From an uncultured delta proteobacterium (GTDB taxonomy: Bacteria; Myxococcota_A; Polyangia; Polyangiales; B10-G4), in NCBI GenBank assembly GCA_963727445.1, contig CAVSGI010000005.1, positions 96,001 to 160,000 of the forward strand: DNA of 64,000 bases, written 5' to 3'. Made by a program: the position numbers and the translations under genes. Position 1 is the first letter of the stretch; each line of letters begins with the position of its first letter. The notes beneath the pieces are model-generated. The model was not told the DNA's origin. It saw nothing but the letters and a program-made list of their open reading frames with translations, and searched no databases. Shown here piece after piece: positions 20,089 through 31,338 of the stretch.

Positions 20089-21626
20089 CTACTCGCCCGC
20101 CTTCGAAGGACAACGCACCCGCCACGGCCCGAACTCGAGCGCCCCATCCACCCGCGCGGGTTGCAGTGCGCAGCCTTCGGCCGTCGTGAGGTAGGGCTTC
20201 ATGGTGGTGCGGAATGCGTAGCCGCTGCTCGGGGACATCGCGATGAACACCCCCTGGCCAACGCGCGCATAGAGGTCGGACACAGCGGTCACGCCGTCGA
20301 TCTCGAGCAGGCGCAGGCGGCCTTCTCCCAGGTGAAGCGCCGCGGCACCCGACGGAGTCTGGAACATCATCCACCCACTGAAATGAGGCGCGTCCGCCAT
20401 GCTCAGCGCGGGCGGGCCCAGCTCCAGGCGCCCGTCTTCGATGCGAAGACGGCCCAAGCGTTTTTCCCCGTCGCCCGCGAGGACCCCGATCCAGTGATAT
20501 CCGTCGGCGTCGACCACCGGCGTCGAGGTGGTGGGGACCTCGATCTTCTCGGTCAGCGCCACCACCCCGTCGGCCTCTGGAGACAGGAGCTCAGAGGGGC
20601 CGCCACACTTCAAGAGGGCCACGGGCATGCCGTGGACGAAGCGCGCTTCGGTGCATCCGTCGGGCAGCGAATAGGTGCTCCCGTTGGCGCGCTTGACCCG
20701 GAGGTTCTCGAGGTCGCCATAGGTGGTGTCGCCCAGCGGGATCACGTCGCCTTCCACCTCGATGCGCCCCTCGGGCCCGGCCAGGAACGACTTGAACGAA
20801 TCTCCCGACCAACCGTGGAAGCCGGAGCTCTGCGCGAAGCGCTCACACCAGCGGCAGACGCAGGACGTGTCCTGAACGGGGAATTCGATGCTGCGGCTGC
20901 GGTCGGTGTCTCGGGGCACTTCGCGCATCAGGGCCCATCCCGGCAGCGAGGCCACCTCGATGCGCCACAGCCGACCGTGCGGAGTCTGCACCTCGAAGGC
21001 CTCGCCACCCCCGCGCACGCCGACCTCTTCGACGACCATCCGATCCGGGCTCCGGCGGATCCATCCGAGGTAACGACCCAGCGGATTGAAGGCGACCTGC
21101 CGCGGCTGCATGCAGGCGTTCTGGTCGTCCTCGAGGTCCGCCACGCTGGCCGCGAGGTCGTCGCGTTGAGTGCTGTCGGCCTTCAACAGCCACAGGTGGG
21201 ACGACTCGCGGAAGACCGCCATCCGATGCAGCGGGTCGGTGGCGATCAGGTCGTCGTAGTTCTGGATGTTGTTCGTGCGCAGGTCGAAGACCTCGAGCGT
21301 CGGTGGCTCGTCGGCCTCTCCGTGCAGGCCGAAGGTCGGCTCGGTGTCCCCGTTCCAGCGGTAGAGGGCGACGAGCTTCCCGTCGTTGCTCATCCACCAA
21401 CCGAAGCCCCACTGCTGTCCGCCGAACTCTTCGCCGTCCGCGGTGCCGACGATGCGGGTGGGAGCGCCCTGGGGCAGCTCACCCGCAGCGCTGTCGTCAC
21501 CGAGCGCGGTGCGCTGCGCCGCGGTGGCTTCGGGGGAGGGGGTTCTTCCTGCTCTTCGGGGGCCACCGTCGGCCCCCCACCGCAGGCAGCGAGCAGGGCG
21601 AACGTGGTCGAAAGGATGGCGCGCAT
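20089..21626 (-). CDS. Hypothetical lipoprotein, possibly beta-propeller-like (frameshift near 21520)
   Basis: MRAILSTTFALLAAC lipobox; continues into the 434-aa frame 20089..21393; TGATG overlap with the DGC gene. Confidence 0.65.
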
Positions 21627-22630
21627 CAGTCTCCGCGAATCTCCGGCTTGTAGATGTATCCCTGGTGCTGGAAGACGCAGATCCGGTTTCGGCCGTCTTC
21701 CTTCGCCTGGTACAGCGCTTTGTCGGCCGCTTTGAGCAGCTGATCTTTGGTGCGGACGTCGCGGCTCGGGTAGAGCGCCACGCCCACCGACACCGTGATG
21801 GCGTACTCGTTTCCTTCCTTGCGGAGCGGCACGCCCCCCACCGCGCGCCACACTCGGTCGGCCACGGTCAACGCGCCGGAGAAGTGGGTGCTGGGCAACA
21901 CGAGGAGGAACTCCTCACCGCCGTAGCGCGCGACCACGTCGATCTCGCGAACCGCGCCCCGGAGCCGGTGGGCCACCTCGGCGAGCACCGCGTCGCCGAT
22001 GTCGTGCCCGTGCTCGTCGTTGAACTTCTTGAAGTGGTCGATGTCGATCATCGCGCAGGCGAGGGGATCGCGGTAGCGCTCGGCGCGCTTGAACTCCTCG
22101 GCCAGGCGGGTGTGGAGGTAGCGGTAGTTGTACAGGCCGGTGAGCTCGTCCTGCACCGCGAGCTGCGCGAGGCGCTTCTTGGCGATCTGAACGTCGTCGT
22201 GCAGGCCCTTGATGCGCAGCATCGCGCTCACCCGGGCGAGGAGCTCACGCTCGTCGAAAGGCTTGCATACGTAGTCGTCGGCACCGATGCGCAGGCCTTC
22301 CACCCGGCTGTCGGTGTCGCGCTTCGCCGTCAGCAGGATCACCGGGAGGAAGCTGTCCTCGGTCATGGTCTTGATCAGACGGCAGGAATCGAGGCCGGAG
22401 AGCCCGGGCATGATGATGTCCAAGAGGACCAGGTCGACGCCGCCCTTCTTGACGAGATCGATCGCCTCCTGGCCGCTGGCCACCGTCTCCACGGCGAAGC
22501 CATGGCCGCGTAGCAGGCCGCCTACGTACTGCCGCGTGACGCGATCGTCCTCCGCCACCACGATGCGTGCGCCTTCGAAGGACGGCTTTTCCGAGCCGGA
22601 GGACTCCACAGCCGAGAAGGGTAACGCCAT
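21626..22630 (-). CDS. Response-regulator diguanylate cyclase (REC-GGDEF)
   Basis: VAEDD, LLDIIMPG, KPF; DELTGLYN, DIDHFKKFND, REID I-site, ARYGGEEF. Confidence 0.95.
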   Translation of the reverse strand: MALPFSAVESSGSEKPSFEGARIVVAEDDRVTRQYVGGLLRGHGFAVETVASGQEAIDLVKKGGVDLVLLDIIMPGLSGLDSCRLIKTMTEDSFLPVILLTAKRDTDSRVEGLRIGADDYVCKPFDERELLARVSAMLRIKGLHDDVQIAKKRLAQLAVQDELTGLYNYRYLHTRLAEEFKRAERYRDPLACAMIDIDHFKKFNDEHGHDIGDAVLAEVAHRLRGAVREIDVVARYGGEEFLLVLPSTHFSGALTVADRVWRAVGGVPLRKEGNEYAITVSVGVALYPSRDVRTKDQLLKAADKALYQAKEDGRNRICVFQHQGYIYKPEIRGD

Positions 22631-22728
22631 GCGCGTCAAAAGCGCATGGGAGAAAGCCAGCCCGAACGATCGCCGGCGGAGAACTGGGCGTGCTCGCCGG
22701 GCGCCCTGCGCGATAAGCTGGCGGCCCA

Positions 22729-25630
22729 ATGTCTCTCCTCGACCGCGTCAGCCGGTTCATCGACGACGTCCTGCTCCTGCCAGAGGACGTCCGGGACCGT
22801 CTGGAGGCTGCCGAGGACGCGCTCGAAGCGGGGGAGAACTCCGTCGCCGCCGAGCTCTTCGAGCGCGTGCTCGAAGAGCGCGAGACCCTCGCTCGCGCCG
22901 CCGTGGGCCTCGCGCAGGCGCGCGAGGCGCTCGGCGATCTCCGCGCGGCGGTCCGCGCCCTCGACCGCGCGCGCACGCTCGAGCCGGACGATCCGGAGGT
23001 CGCGCTCTTCGACGCGCGACTCGCCCTCGCGCTCGGCGACAGCGACCGCGCGGCGAACGCCGCGCGCGACGCCGCCGGGCGCCTCGCGAACGAAGGTGGC
23101 GCGCGCCTCGCCCGCGCTTGCGTTCTGCGCGCCCGCGCCGAGCGCCAGCGCGGGCGACCCGATCGGGCCGCGCGCGAGCTGAGAAAAGCGCTGAGCCTCG
23201 ACAAGGAGGACGCGACGCTGCGCGCCGAGCTGGTGGAGGTGCTGGCCGACGCGCATCGGGTGGGCGCGGCGCGCGCCGCGGCGACGGGGCTCGACGCGGC
23301 GGCGCTCGACGACGCCGCCGCGACGCGCCTCGGTCTCGCCCTCGAGCGGGTGGGCGCGCACGACCTGTCGAGGGAGTGGCTCGCGCGCGGCGCGGAGGCG
23401 GGCAGTGACGCGGCGCTCCTCGCGCTCGCACGCATCGCGCGCGAGCAGGGCGAGGTGGAGGAGGCGGAGGCGCTCTCGCGGCGCGCCGTGGCGCGGGGCG
23501 CCGGGGCGGAGGCGCTGTCGCTGTTGGCGGAGATCCTGATCGGCCTCGGGCGCCGGGTCGAGGCGACCGAGGCCTATGCGGCGGCGGCGCAGCAGGCGGG
23601 GAGCTCACCGGCTCTCCTGCGCCGCGCGCTGCGTGCCGCCCCGACGGACCGGCCGGACTTGTTGACGGTTCACGCGGACGCGCTCGAGCGCGTCTCGCCG
23701 GGAGACGTGGCGGCGCGGGCGGCGCGGGCGTTCGTCGCGCTCGAGAAGGGCGATCTCCAGGCGGCGCGCGCGCTGGCAGGCGAGGGGAGCGCGCGCGATC
23801 CGCGCCTCACCCTCGCGCGCGCCCGCCTGGCGCTCGCGAGCGACGACCCGCAGGGCGCGCTCGCGGCGCTCAGCGAGTACGAGGCCGAGGTGGCGCGCTC
23901 CCGGAGCGGAGCCGACGAGGAGCTGTCGGAGGCGATCCGTCGCGACGCCCTCCGCGCGCTCTGGCTCGACGCCGAAGGCCAGGTGGATCTCGGCGGCGGC
24001 CATCGACGCGGTGGAGCGTTTCGCCGCCGAGCATCGTCTCGACGCGACGGCGCGGGGCGCAGGGCGCCTGCGCGACGAGCTCGACCGCCCACTGCTATTG
24101 GCCGTGCTCGGAGAGTTCAACGCCGGCAAGAGCACCTTCATCAACGCGTTCGTCGGCGCCGATGTCGCGCCGACAGGCATCGTGCCCACGACGGCGACCC
24201 TCAACGTGCTTCGCGGGGGCGCCGAGCGCCTGGTGCGGGTGGTGCGCACCGACGGAACGACGCGCGAGGGCGGCTACGACGATCTCTCCCGCCTCCTCGA
24301 GGAGGCCGAGCAGGGGGCAATGGATGCGCCCGAGGCCGGGGGGCCGGTGGACCACGTCGAGATCGTCTTGCCCTCCGAGACCCTCGAGCGGGTGTGGATC
24401 CTCGACACACCGGGGACCAACGCCATCGATCCGGAGCACGAGCGCCTCGCGCGCGAGGCCGCGCGGCGCGCCGACGCCGCGCTGTGGATCTTCAGCGCGG
24501 GGCAGGCGGGCAAGGACACCGAAGCCAAGATGCTCGGTGCCATCCGAGCGTCGGGTCGGGTCGTGGTTCCGATCCTCAACAAGGTGGACCGTCTCGAGGA
24601 AGGACAGCTCGAAGAGGTGAAGCGAAGCCTCGCGCGCGAGCTGGATGGGGCTCCCGGAACGGGCGCCGAGGGAGGCGTGTCGGGATTCGACGTCGGGCCA
24701 CCGATCCCCTTCTCGGCGAAGCGCGCGCTCCTGGCCCGCCTCTCCGACGACGAGTCGGCGCTGCGCGAGAGCGGCTACGAGGCGCTGCTCGAAGCGCTCG
24801 GCGAGCGCATCTTCGCGCGCTCCCGCGAGCTCAAGCGCGACGCCTGCGCCGGGCGGCTGGTCGAGATCGTGGACGAGGCCCTGGCCACCGAGGAGCAGGA
24901 GCTCGCCTCGTTCGAGGCGCGGCTCGGCCGCCTCGACGAGGCGGAAACGCTCCTGTCCCCGAGCCGCGCGGGTGGGGGTGTGGAGATGGCGCTCGAGCGG
25001 GCCGTGGACGAGTCCATCACCCATCTGTCGAAGGATCTCGACGTGGCCTTCGTGCAAGCGGCGGAGGAAGTGCTGGCCTTCGTGCGCCCGCGGCGTAGTC
25101 GTTTCGCCAGTCACGGGGCCGACCCGGAGGATCGCGCCTTCCTCGCGGAAGCTCTCGAACGTCGCCTCGGACAGGCGGCGGACGGCCTGTCCACGCGCCT
25201 GTTGCCGCGCGTTCGTGCCGCGCTGGCCGACGCGGCCGATCACCTGGAGCTCTCGCACGCGGAGCTCGACCGTCGCGTGCGCGCGGCGGTCATGCAGCCC
25301 CTCGCGCTCTACGTGGGCTTTCAGCGCGGTGTCCTGCGCGGCGGCAGGCTCCGGCGCTTCTTCGAGGACTACCTGCCGAGCGCAACCCTCGAGGTCGAGG
25401 GGCTGTCGAAGGCCCTGAGCACCGTGCGCGCCGATCCACGAAGGGAGCTGGGTCCGGCGCTCGAGGACTCCCTTCGCGAGCTCGTCGCCGCTTTGGGACA
25501 GGAGCTGACGTCGTTGCGAGAGGGGGCCCGGATCGCTCGGGAAAGAACCGCCGCCACGGTCTTTGGGCCCCTGAGGGCGCTACGCACCGTCCTGGCCGAA
25601 GCGCTGCGCTCGGCGGGTCCGAGTCGATGA
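22729..25630 (+). CDS. TPR-repeat + dynamin-like GTPase fusion, about 966 aa (frameshift near 23991)
   Basis: About 420 aa of Ala/Leu/Arg TPR-like helices, then GEFNAGKST, PTT, DTPG, NKVD and a helical stalk. Confidence 0.8.
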
Positions 25631-25703
25631 TCCTGGTTTGTGACGGGGCGAGCGGCGTATACTTCGGAGATTCGAGTAGGGCCCGACCGGCCAGAGGAGA
25701 CGA

Positions 25704-27182
25704 ATGGAGATCAAGCAGCAGCTGCGATTGACCCAGCAGCTGGTCATGACCCCGCAGCTGCAACAGGCGATCAAGCTGCTTCAGATGTCCCGGATGGAGC
25801 TCGTCGACCTCGTTCGCGAGGAGATGCTCGAAAATCCGATGCTGGAGGATGTCGGCGAAGTCGGCTCCACCGAGCCCGAGATGCCGAAAGATGTCGCCGT
25901 CGTCGAGGCGCCGACCATCGACAAGGCGGGCGCAGCCGACGACAAGGCCGCCGACGACAAGGCGAAGGCCGAAGAGAAGAAGACCGAGGACTTCGACTGG
26001 GAGCGCTACCTCGAGAACCACGCCATGCAGGCGCCGGTCCCCTCTTTCCGGGGCGGCGGGGGTGACGACGAGCTGCCCGGGATCGAGGCGACCTACAGCC
26101 GCGCCGAAGACCTGACCGCCCACCTCATCTGGCAGGTGAAGATGGGTGACTGGGTCGAGGACGAGCTTCGTTTCCTCGCGCTCGTGATCGGCAATCTCAA
26201 CGACGACGGCTACCTCGAGCTCGACGACGTGCCCGAGGACGAGATCGTCGAAAAGCTCGCGCGCGAAGCCGAGCTCGACCCGGAGGACGCCGAAGAGGTC
26301 CTCAGCATGTTCCAGAAGCTCGACCCCATCGGGGTGGGCTCGCGCTCGCTGAAGGAGTGCCTCGCGGTCCAGGCCAAGCACTTCGACATGGACGAGCTCG
26401 TGCTCAAGGTGCTGGACGGGCATCTGTCGAACCTCGAGAAGAAGAATTATCAGGCGATCGCGCGCGACCTCGACGTCCCCGTCGAGGAGATCTACGACGT
26501 CGCGCAGGTCATCGCCGACCTCGAGCCGCGTCCGGGGCGCAACTTCATCAGCGAAGAGCCGCGCTACATCGTGCCCGACGTCTACGTGCACAAGGTCGCG
26601 GACAAGTACTTCGTCGTCGCCAACGACGACGGGATGCCCAAGCTGAAGATCAGCGGCTTCTATCGGTCCGCGATGGCGGACAACAAAGAGGCCAAGGAAT
26701 ACATCCAGAACAAGCTCCGCTCGGCGGCGTGGCTGATCCGCAGCATCGACCAACGGCGCAAGACCATCGTCAAGGTCACCGAGTGCATCGTCGAAAAGCA
26801 GCGCGACTTCTTCGACAAGGGAATCCAGTACCTCAAACCGATGATTCTCAGGGACGTGGCCGAGGCGGTGGGGATGCACGAGAGCACGATCTCGCGCGTC
26901 ACCAGCAACAAGTACGTGCACACGCCGCGCGGGCTCTTCGAGCTGAAGTACTTCTTCAACAGCGCCATCAAGCGCGGCACTCAGGAAGACATCGCCAGCG
27001 AGTCCGTGAAGCAGGCGATCAAGAAGATCATCGGGGACGAGGACGAGAAGAATCCCTACAGCGATCAGAAGATCGTCGAGATCCTCGCTCAGCAGGACAT
27101 CAAAATCGCCCGACGCACCGTCGCGAAGTATCGCGAGATGCTGGGCATTCTCTCTTCATCGAAGCGGAAGAAGTACTTTTGA
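25704..27182 (+). CDS. rpoN: RNA polymerase sigma-54 factor
   Basis: QQLVMTPQLQQAIKLLQ, MHESTISR, ARRTVAKYRE RpoN box. Confidence 0.98.
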   Translation: MEIKQQLRLTQQLVMTPQLQQAIKLLQMSRMELVDLVREEMLENPMLEDVGEVGSTEPEMPKDVAVVEAPTIDKAGAADDKAADDKAKAEEKKTEDFDWERYLENHAMQAPVPSFRGGGGDDELPGIEATYSRAEDLTAHLIWQVKMGDWVEDELRFLALVIGNLNDDGYLELDDVPEDEIVEKLAREAELDPEDAEEVLSMFQKLDPIGVGSRSLKECLAVQAKHFDMDELVLKVLDGHLSNLEKKNYQAIARDLDVPVEEIYDVAQVIADLEPRPGRNFISEEPRYIVPDVYVHKVADKYFVVANDDGMPKLKISGFYRSAMADNKEAKEYIQNKLRSAAWLIRSIDQRRKTIVKVTECIVEKQRDFFDKGIQYLKPMILRDVAEAVGMHESTISRVTSNKYVHTPRGLFELKYFFNSAIKRGTQEDIASESVKQAIKKIIGDEDEKNPYSDQKIVEILAQQDIKIARRTVAKYREMLGILSSSKRKKYF

Positions 27183-27249
27183 AGAGCTGCTTTGTCTCTA
27201 AACGGATTTTGTTCGAGCGCGCTTTCAGTGCTCGGATTGGAGGGTGTGG

Positions 27250-27624
27250 ATGAGGATTGCGTTCACGTTCCGCAACGTCGATTCGTCCGAGGGCATCAAG
27301 AACTACGCGAGTGAGAAGATCTCGAAGCTGCAGAAATACCTAAGAGCCCCACTAGACGCCGAGGTGACGGTATCGCTCGAGCGACACCTGCACCGAGTCG
27401 ACATCAACGTCGCGGCCGACGGCCATCGATACGCGGGACACGAGGAGTCGGAGGACATGTATGCCTCCATCGACCTGGTGATGGACAAGATCGACCGGCA
27501 GGTCCGGGAGACGAAGGCCACGATCACCAAGGGCAGGCGCCACCGAGACAGCATGGGCGAGGTGGCCGCCGCGCAGGAGCGAGCCGAGGCCGAGGCCCGC
27601 GCCGCTTCTGCTGAAGGCGAGTAA
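27250..27624 (+). CDS. hpf: Ribosome hibernation factor (HPF/RaiA)
   Basis: MRIAFTFRN, DMYASIDLVMDKIDRQV; directly downstream of rpoN. Confidence 0.93.
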   Translation: MRIAFTFRNVDSSEGIKNYASEKISKLQKYLRAPLDAEVTVSLERHLHRVDINVAADGHRYAGHEESEDMYASIDLVMDKIDRQVRETKATITKGRRHRDSMGEVAAAQERAEAEARAASAEGE

Positions 27625-27663
27625 GGAGCACAGGTTCAGGGGGGACGCTTCGGCGTTCCGCGG

Positions 27664-27693
27664 GAAGCCCGGTCTGGTGGCCGGGCTTCTTTG
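27664..27693 (+). terminator. Intrinsic terminator after hpf
   Basis: GAAGCCCGGTC-TGGT-GGCCGGGCTTC followed by TTT; preceded by a GGACGC-TTCG-GCGTTC hairpin. Confidence 0.65.
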
Positions 27694-27728
27694 CGCCTTG
27701 GGGAGCGGATTGGGATTCGCGGCGGGCT

Positions 27729-28451
27729 TCAGGTCAGGTACGAGCGGAGCTCTCGAAACCCGAGGGTGAGGCCGGCTTCGTGGCCTTCGCCTCGGACGAC
27801 GCGCAGGCGGGCGCGGCCGCCTTCGTGGCGGAGCGCATCGACGAGGGCGCGTCCACGCTCGAGCCAGCTCGGGTCGCGCTCGCCCGCGACCACGACGACG
27901 GGGAGAGCGCTCAGGGCGGGGGCGAGCTCCATGCTCCGGAGGTATCCGGGCGCGACCGTGACCGAGGAGAAGAGCTCCGGATGTCGCGCGGCCGCTTCGA
28001 GGGCGCTGATGCCGCCGTTGCTCATGCCGAAGAGGCGAACCGGACCGTCCGGGATCCCGTGGCGCGCGCGTGCCGTCGAAAGGAACTCGGTGACCAGGGG
28101 GAGATGGCGGCGCATGAACTGCCCCCCGCTCGGCGCCACCGGGCTGAGAACGGTCCAGCCCTCGCGCCGGAAGTCGTCGATCCAGCGCTCGAGCCCCTCG
28201 ATGACCATCGCCCGGTCCTGCGGTCCCGGCGGCAGCGCATAGAGCACAGGGCGCCCCCGTCGCCCCGCGAGATGGACATAGGTCACGGTCGTTCCACTCG
28301 CGAGCTCGAGCGTGCGAAACGGCGGCATCGCCTCTTGTGCGCGCGCCCGTCCTCCGCGGCATCCCAGGGCGAGGAGCCCACTCGCGGCCCCCGCGAGAAA
28401 TCGGCGGCGTGTCCACCATCCCCTCTGCCGGTCCATCCACTGATTGTCCAT
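27729..28451 (-). CDS. Tat-exported alpha/beta hydrolase
   Basis: TRRRFL twin-arginine motif; GMSNGG nucleophile elbow, GERD, GEGH. Confidence 0.75.
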   Translation of the reverse strand: MDNQWMDRQRGWWTRRRFLAGAASGLLALGCRGGRARAQEAMPPFRTLELASGTTVTYVHLAGRRGRPVLYALPPGPQDRAMVIEGLERWIDDFRREGWTVLSPVAPSGGQFMRRHLPLVTEFLSTARARHGIPDGPVRLFGMSNGGISALEAAARHPELFSSVTVAPGYLRSMELAPALSALPVVVVAGERDPSWLERGRALVDALRHEGGRARLRVVRGEGHEAGLTLGFRELRSYLT

Positions 28452-28548
28452 TGCATGACGCGGATCGCAAATCCGCCGTGGAGAAGCGGCCCGACGTAGC
28501 TCGACCGATCACCTCCATGAAGTCCGGCCGTCGCGCTATCCTCTGGCG

Positions 28549-29199
28549 GTGTCACGGCAAGCGTGGACTCTTCTGGCGCTCGGGGTCTTGTGGCTGGCCG
28601 CCTGCGGCGGCGCCGAAAGCGCGACGCGCGACGACAGCGAGGCGTCCTACGCGACGGCGTCTCCGGATGGGACGGGACAGTCGACCACCGGCGGGGACGA
28701 GGAAGCGCGCGCGATCGGGGGCTCGCCGCCCGAGACGGGCGCGGCCGTCGCACCGGCGGCGCTGTCGCCGCTCCTCGATGCACACAACCGGCTTCGCGAA
28801 GCGCACTGCGCGCCGCCTTTGTCGTGGTCGAGCACGCTCGCGGAGCAGGCACGGCAGTGGGCGAACCACCTGGCGGAGAGCGGATGCAATCTCGCCCACA
28901 GCACGTCGGACGTCGGGGAGAACCTCGCGGCGGCCACCTCCGGGACGCTCACCGCCGAAGGCGTGGCCGAGCTCTGGTATCGCGAAAAAAGCGATTACGA
29001 CTTCCGTCGCGGCGGCTTCTCGATGCGCACTGGGCACTTCACGCAGCTCGTCTGGAAGGGGACCACGGCGATCGGATGCGGGACGTCCAGCTGCGGGGGC
29101 CTCGACATCTACGTCTGCAACTACGCGCCTGCCGGCAACGTGCAGGGCGAGTACCAAGCCAACGTTCTGCCCACGGGTTGCGAATCCGACGGGAACTGA
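28549..29199 (+). CDS. CAP (SCP/PR-1) domain lipoprotein
   Basis: Lipobox LAAC; HNRLR, GENL, GHFTQLVW, VCNYAPAGN. Confidence 0.92.
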   Translation: MSRQAWTLLALGVLWLAACGGAESATRDDSEASYATASPDGTGQSTTGGDEEARAIGGSPPETGAAVAPAALSPLLDAHNRLREAHCAPPLSWSSTLAEQARQWANHLAESGCNLAHSTSDVGENLAAATSGTLTAEGVAELWYREKSDYDFRRGGFSMRTGHFTQLVWKGTTAIGCGTSSCGGLDIYVCNYAPAGNVQGEYQANVLPTGCESDGN

Positions 29200-29206
29200 C
29201 GGTGGG

Positions 29207-31252
29207 TCACATCGCGCCCCCCGGCAGGTCGCCGGGGACGGGGAGCATGGTCGCCTGTAGGTTCGACTCGTTGTCCCGGTAGGCGACCTCGCGCTGGAGG
29301 TCCTCCACCGGCTGGTCGGCGTTCTGCACGCACGCACCGATCGCAGCGCCCGCGACCTCGCCGTCGCTCAGCGTCGCGAGGCCCCCCTCGGCGACGTGGA
29401 TGCCGCACAGGTTCAGGTCGCTGAGCACGAAGCCGGTCGCGGTGAGCGTCGACGTCGAATAGGCCGCGAGGGCGTGGCCCGAATCGCCGAACTCGCAGGT
29501 GGCCCCCGAGCACCCGGGAGCCACGACGCGATGGACCTCGACGTTCTGCAGCTGTACTTCGGAGGAGCCCTTCCAGGACACGATGCCCACCTGCTGAACG
29601 TCCTGGACGATGCTGTTGCGGATCGACGCGAAGGAATCGCGGTAGACCGAGACGCCCCAGCCGGCCACGCCGTCCTGGTCGCGGCTGGTGGCGTCGTGGA
29701 CGAGCAGGTCGGAGGCCTCCAGGCGGGCGGACGCCATCACCGCGATCCCGCTCTCCTTGGTGTCGCTGATGTCGGCGCGCACGAGGTGGAGGCTCGCGCC
29801 CATCTGCACGACCACCCCGCGACCGAAGTTGCCCCCGTCCCCCGGCCTCACGTCGCGGACGTTGAGATCCTCAATCGACACGTCCGTTCCATCGAGCCCG
29901 ACCTGGACGCCCCCTTCGTGAACACCCTGAACCCAGATACGTCGCCCCACGAACGACGAGGTCTGCACGCTGAGCCCGCGGCCGAACATGTCTCCGACGG
30001 GGATCACGTCGCGCACCACGAGGTCCTCCACGACCGCGTCGACATCCGCGAAGAAGGCGCCCATCGCGAGCGCTCGCTCGACGAGCACGCCCGCGATCTC
30101 GATCGACGCAGAGTCCTGGGCCACGATCCCGCGCCCGAGATCGGTCCGGAGCCCGGCCTCGAGGGTGTCCCGGACGACCGACTTCTCGAGCCGAAGAGAC
30201 GACCCGGCGCCCGTGGACGAGACGCCGACCTCGTTGGCGCGAACGACCGCGACCCTCCGCGCGACGAGGCTCGCCCCGGCGTTGGCGATCAAGCCGTAGC
30301 CGCGTGTGCCGTCCTCGAGCCCCTGGATGTCGGCGATCACCGCGTCCTCGAGGGTCGCGTCCGCATCGGCGAGGTTCGCGACGACCCCGAACTCGGCGGT
30401 GCCTTCCACGTGCGCCCAGCGCACCGTCGAGGTGGACCCGTCCTCGGTGTTGATCCCCAGCCCGAACCGGCCGTCATCCCAGAGCCGGATGCGGCGCACG
30501 GCGATTCGCTCTCCGTCGAAGTGCGAGTGGTCCTCGACCGAGACACCGGCGATCCGCGTCTCGATCACCACGACGTCGCGGGCCGTCATGGCCTTGCCAG
30601 CGCCGCGGACGAAGAGCCCGATGCGTTCGCTCGGGCCGATCGCGAGGTTCTTCACGGTCACGTCAGCGCCTGCGGCGGAGATGACGCCCGTGGTGAAGCT
30701 CGACTCGCTCGTGGACACGGTGGTGCTCTCGGGACACGCGCCCCAGAGGGTGACCCCGGCGGGAACGCTCACCGCCTCGTCGTACGCGCCGACGGCGACC
30801 GCGATGACGTCGCCCGCGGTCGCGGCACCCGTGGCTTCGGCGATCCTCCCGAAAGGTGCGTCGCGTGAGCCGTCGCCGGTCGTGGCACCGGCGCGCACGT
30901 AGAGCACTCCGGTCGCCGGCAGCCCTTCGGGCCATCCGTCGCTCGGGCAGGCGGTCCCGATGCGCTGGCAGCTCGGGGTGCCGGGGAAGCGCGCTTCGTG
31001 ATCCGCGCAGCTCTCGAAGCTCGACTCGGGGAAGGGCTCGCAAAGCTCCGGCGCACCGTCCGTCCCTCTGACGCCCTGCCACCCATCCGGACATGGTGCG
31101 AGGTTCGGCAACGCCGGCGGCGCAGGGGTCGCCCGACCCATGATCGTCGTCGTGTCGGGTGAAACGCTCGCGTCGGTCGTCGCGGCGTCGTCCCCGGTAC
31201 ATCCGCCCATGGCGAGGAGCAAGGTGAGGGCGAGACGACGGCCGACGAGCAT
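29207..31252 (-). CDS. Right-handed parallel beta-helix repeat lipoprotein
   Basis: Lipobox MGGC; GDGSRDAPF (DUF1565-like); repeated D...G.G...G.GI/V coils. Confidence 0.75.
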   Translation of the reverse strand: MLVGRRLALTLLLAMGGCTGDDAATTDASVSPDTTTIMGRATPAPPALPNLAPCPDGWQGVRGTDGAPELCEPFPESSFESCADHEARFPGTPSCQRIGTACPSDGWPEGLPATGVLYVRAGATTGDGSRDAPFGRIAEATGAATAGDVIAVAVGAYDEAVSVPAGVTLWGACPESTTVSTSESSFTTGVISAAGADVTVKNLAIGPSERIGLFVRGAGKAMTARDVVVIETRIAGVSVEDHSHFDGERIAVRRIRLWDDGRFGLGINTEDGSTSTVRWAHVEGTAEFGVVANLADADATLEDAVIADIQGLEDGTRGYGLIANAGASLVARRVAVVRANEVGVSSTGAGSSLRLEKSVVRDTLEAGLRTDLGRGIVAQDSASIEIAGVLVERALAMGAFFADVDAVVEDLVVRDVIPVGDMFGRGLSVQTSSFVGRRIWVQGVHEGGVQVGLDGTDVSIEDLNVRDVRPGDGGNFGRGVVVQMGASLHLVRADISDTKESGIAVMASARLEASDLLVHDATSRDQDGVAGWGVSVYRDSFASIRNSIVQDVQQVGIVSWKGSSEVQLQNVEVHRVVAPGCSGATCEFGDSGHALAAYSTSTLTATGFVLSDLNLCGIHVAEGGLATLSDGEVAGAAIGACVQNADQPVEDLQREVAYRDNESNLQATMLPVPGDLPGGAM

Positions 31253-31338
31253 CGACCAAGAGAATACCAGTGTGGTGTGACGCGCGCGAAACACGACATC
31301 CCTTGCAACACTCTCCCCGCTGGGGTAGGGCGCCGTTC

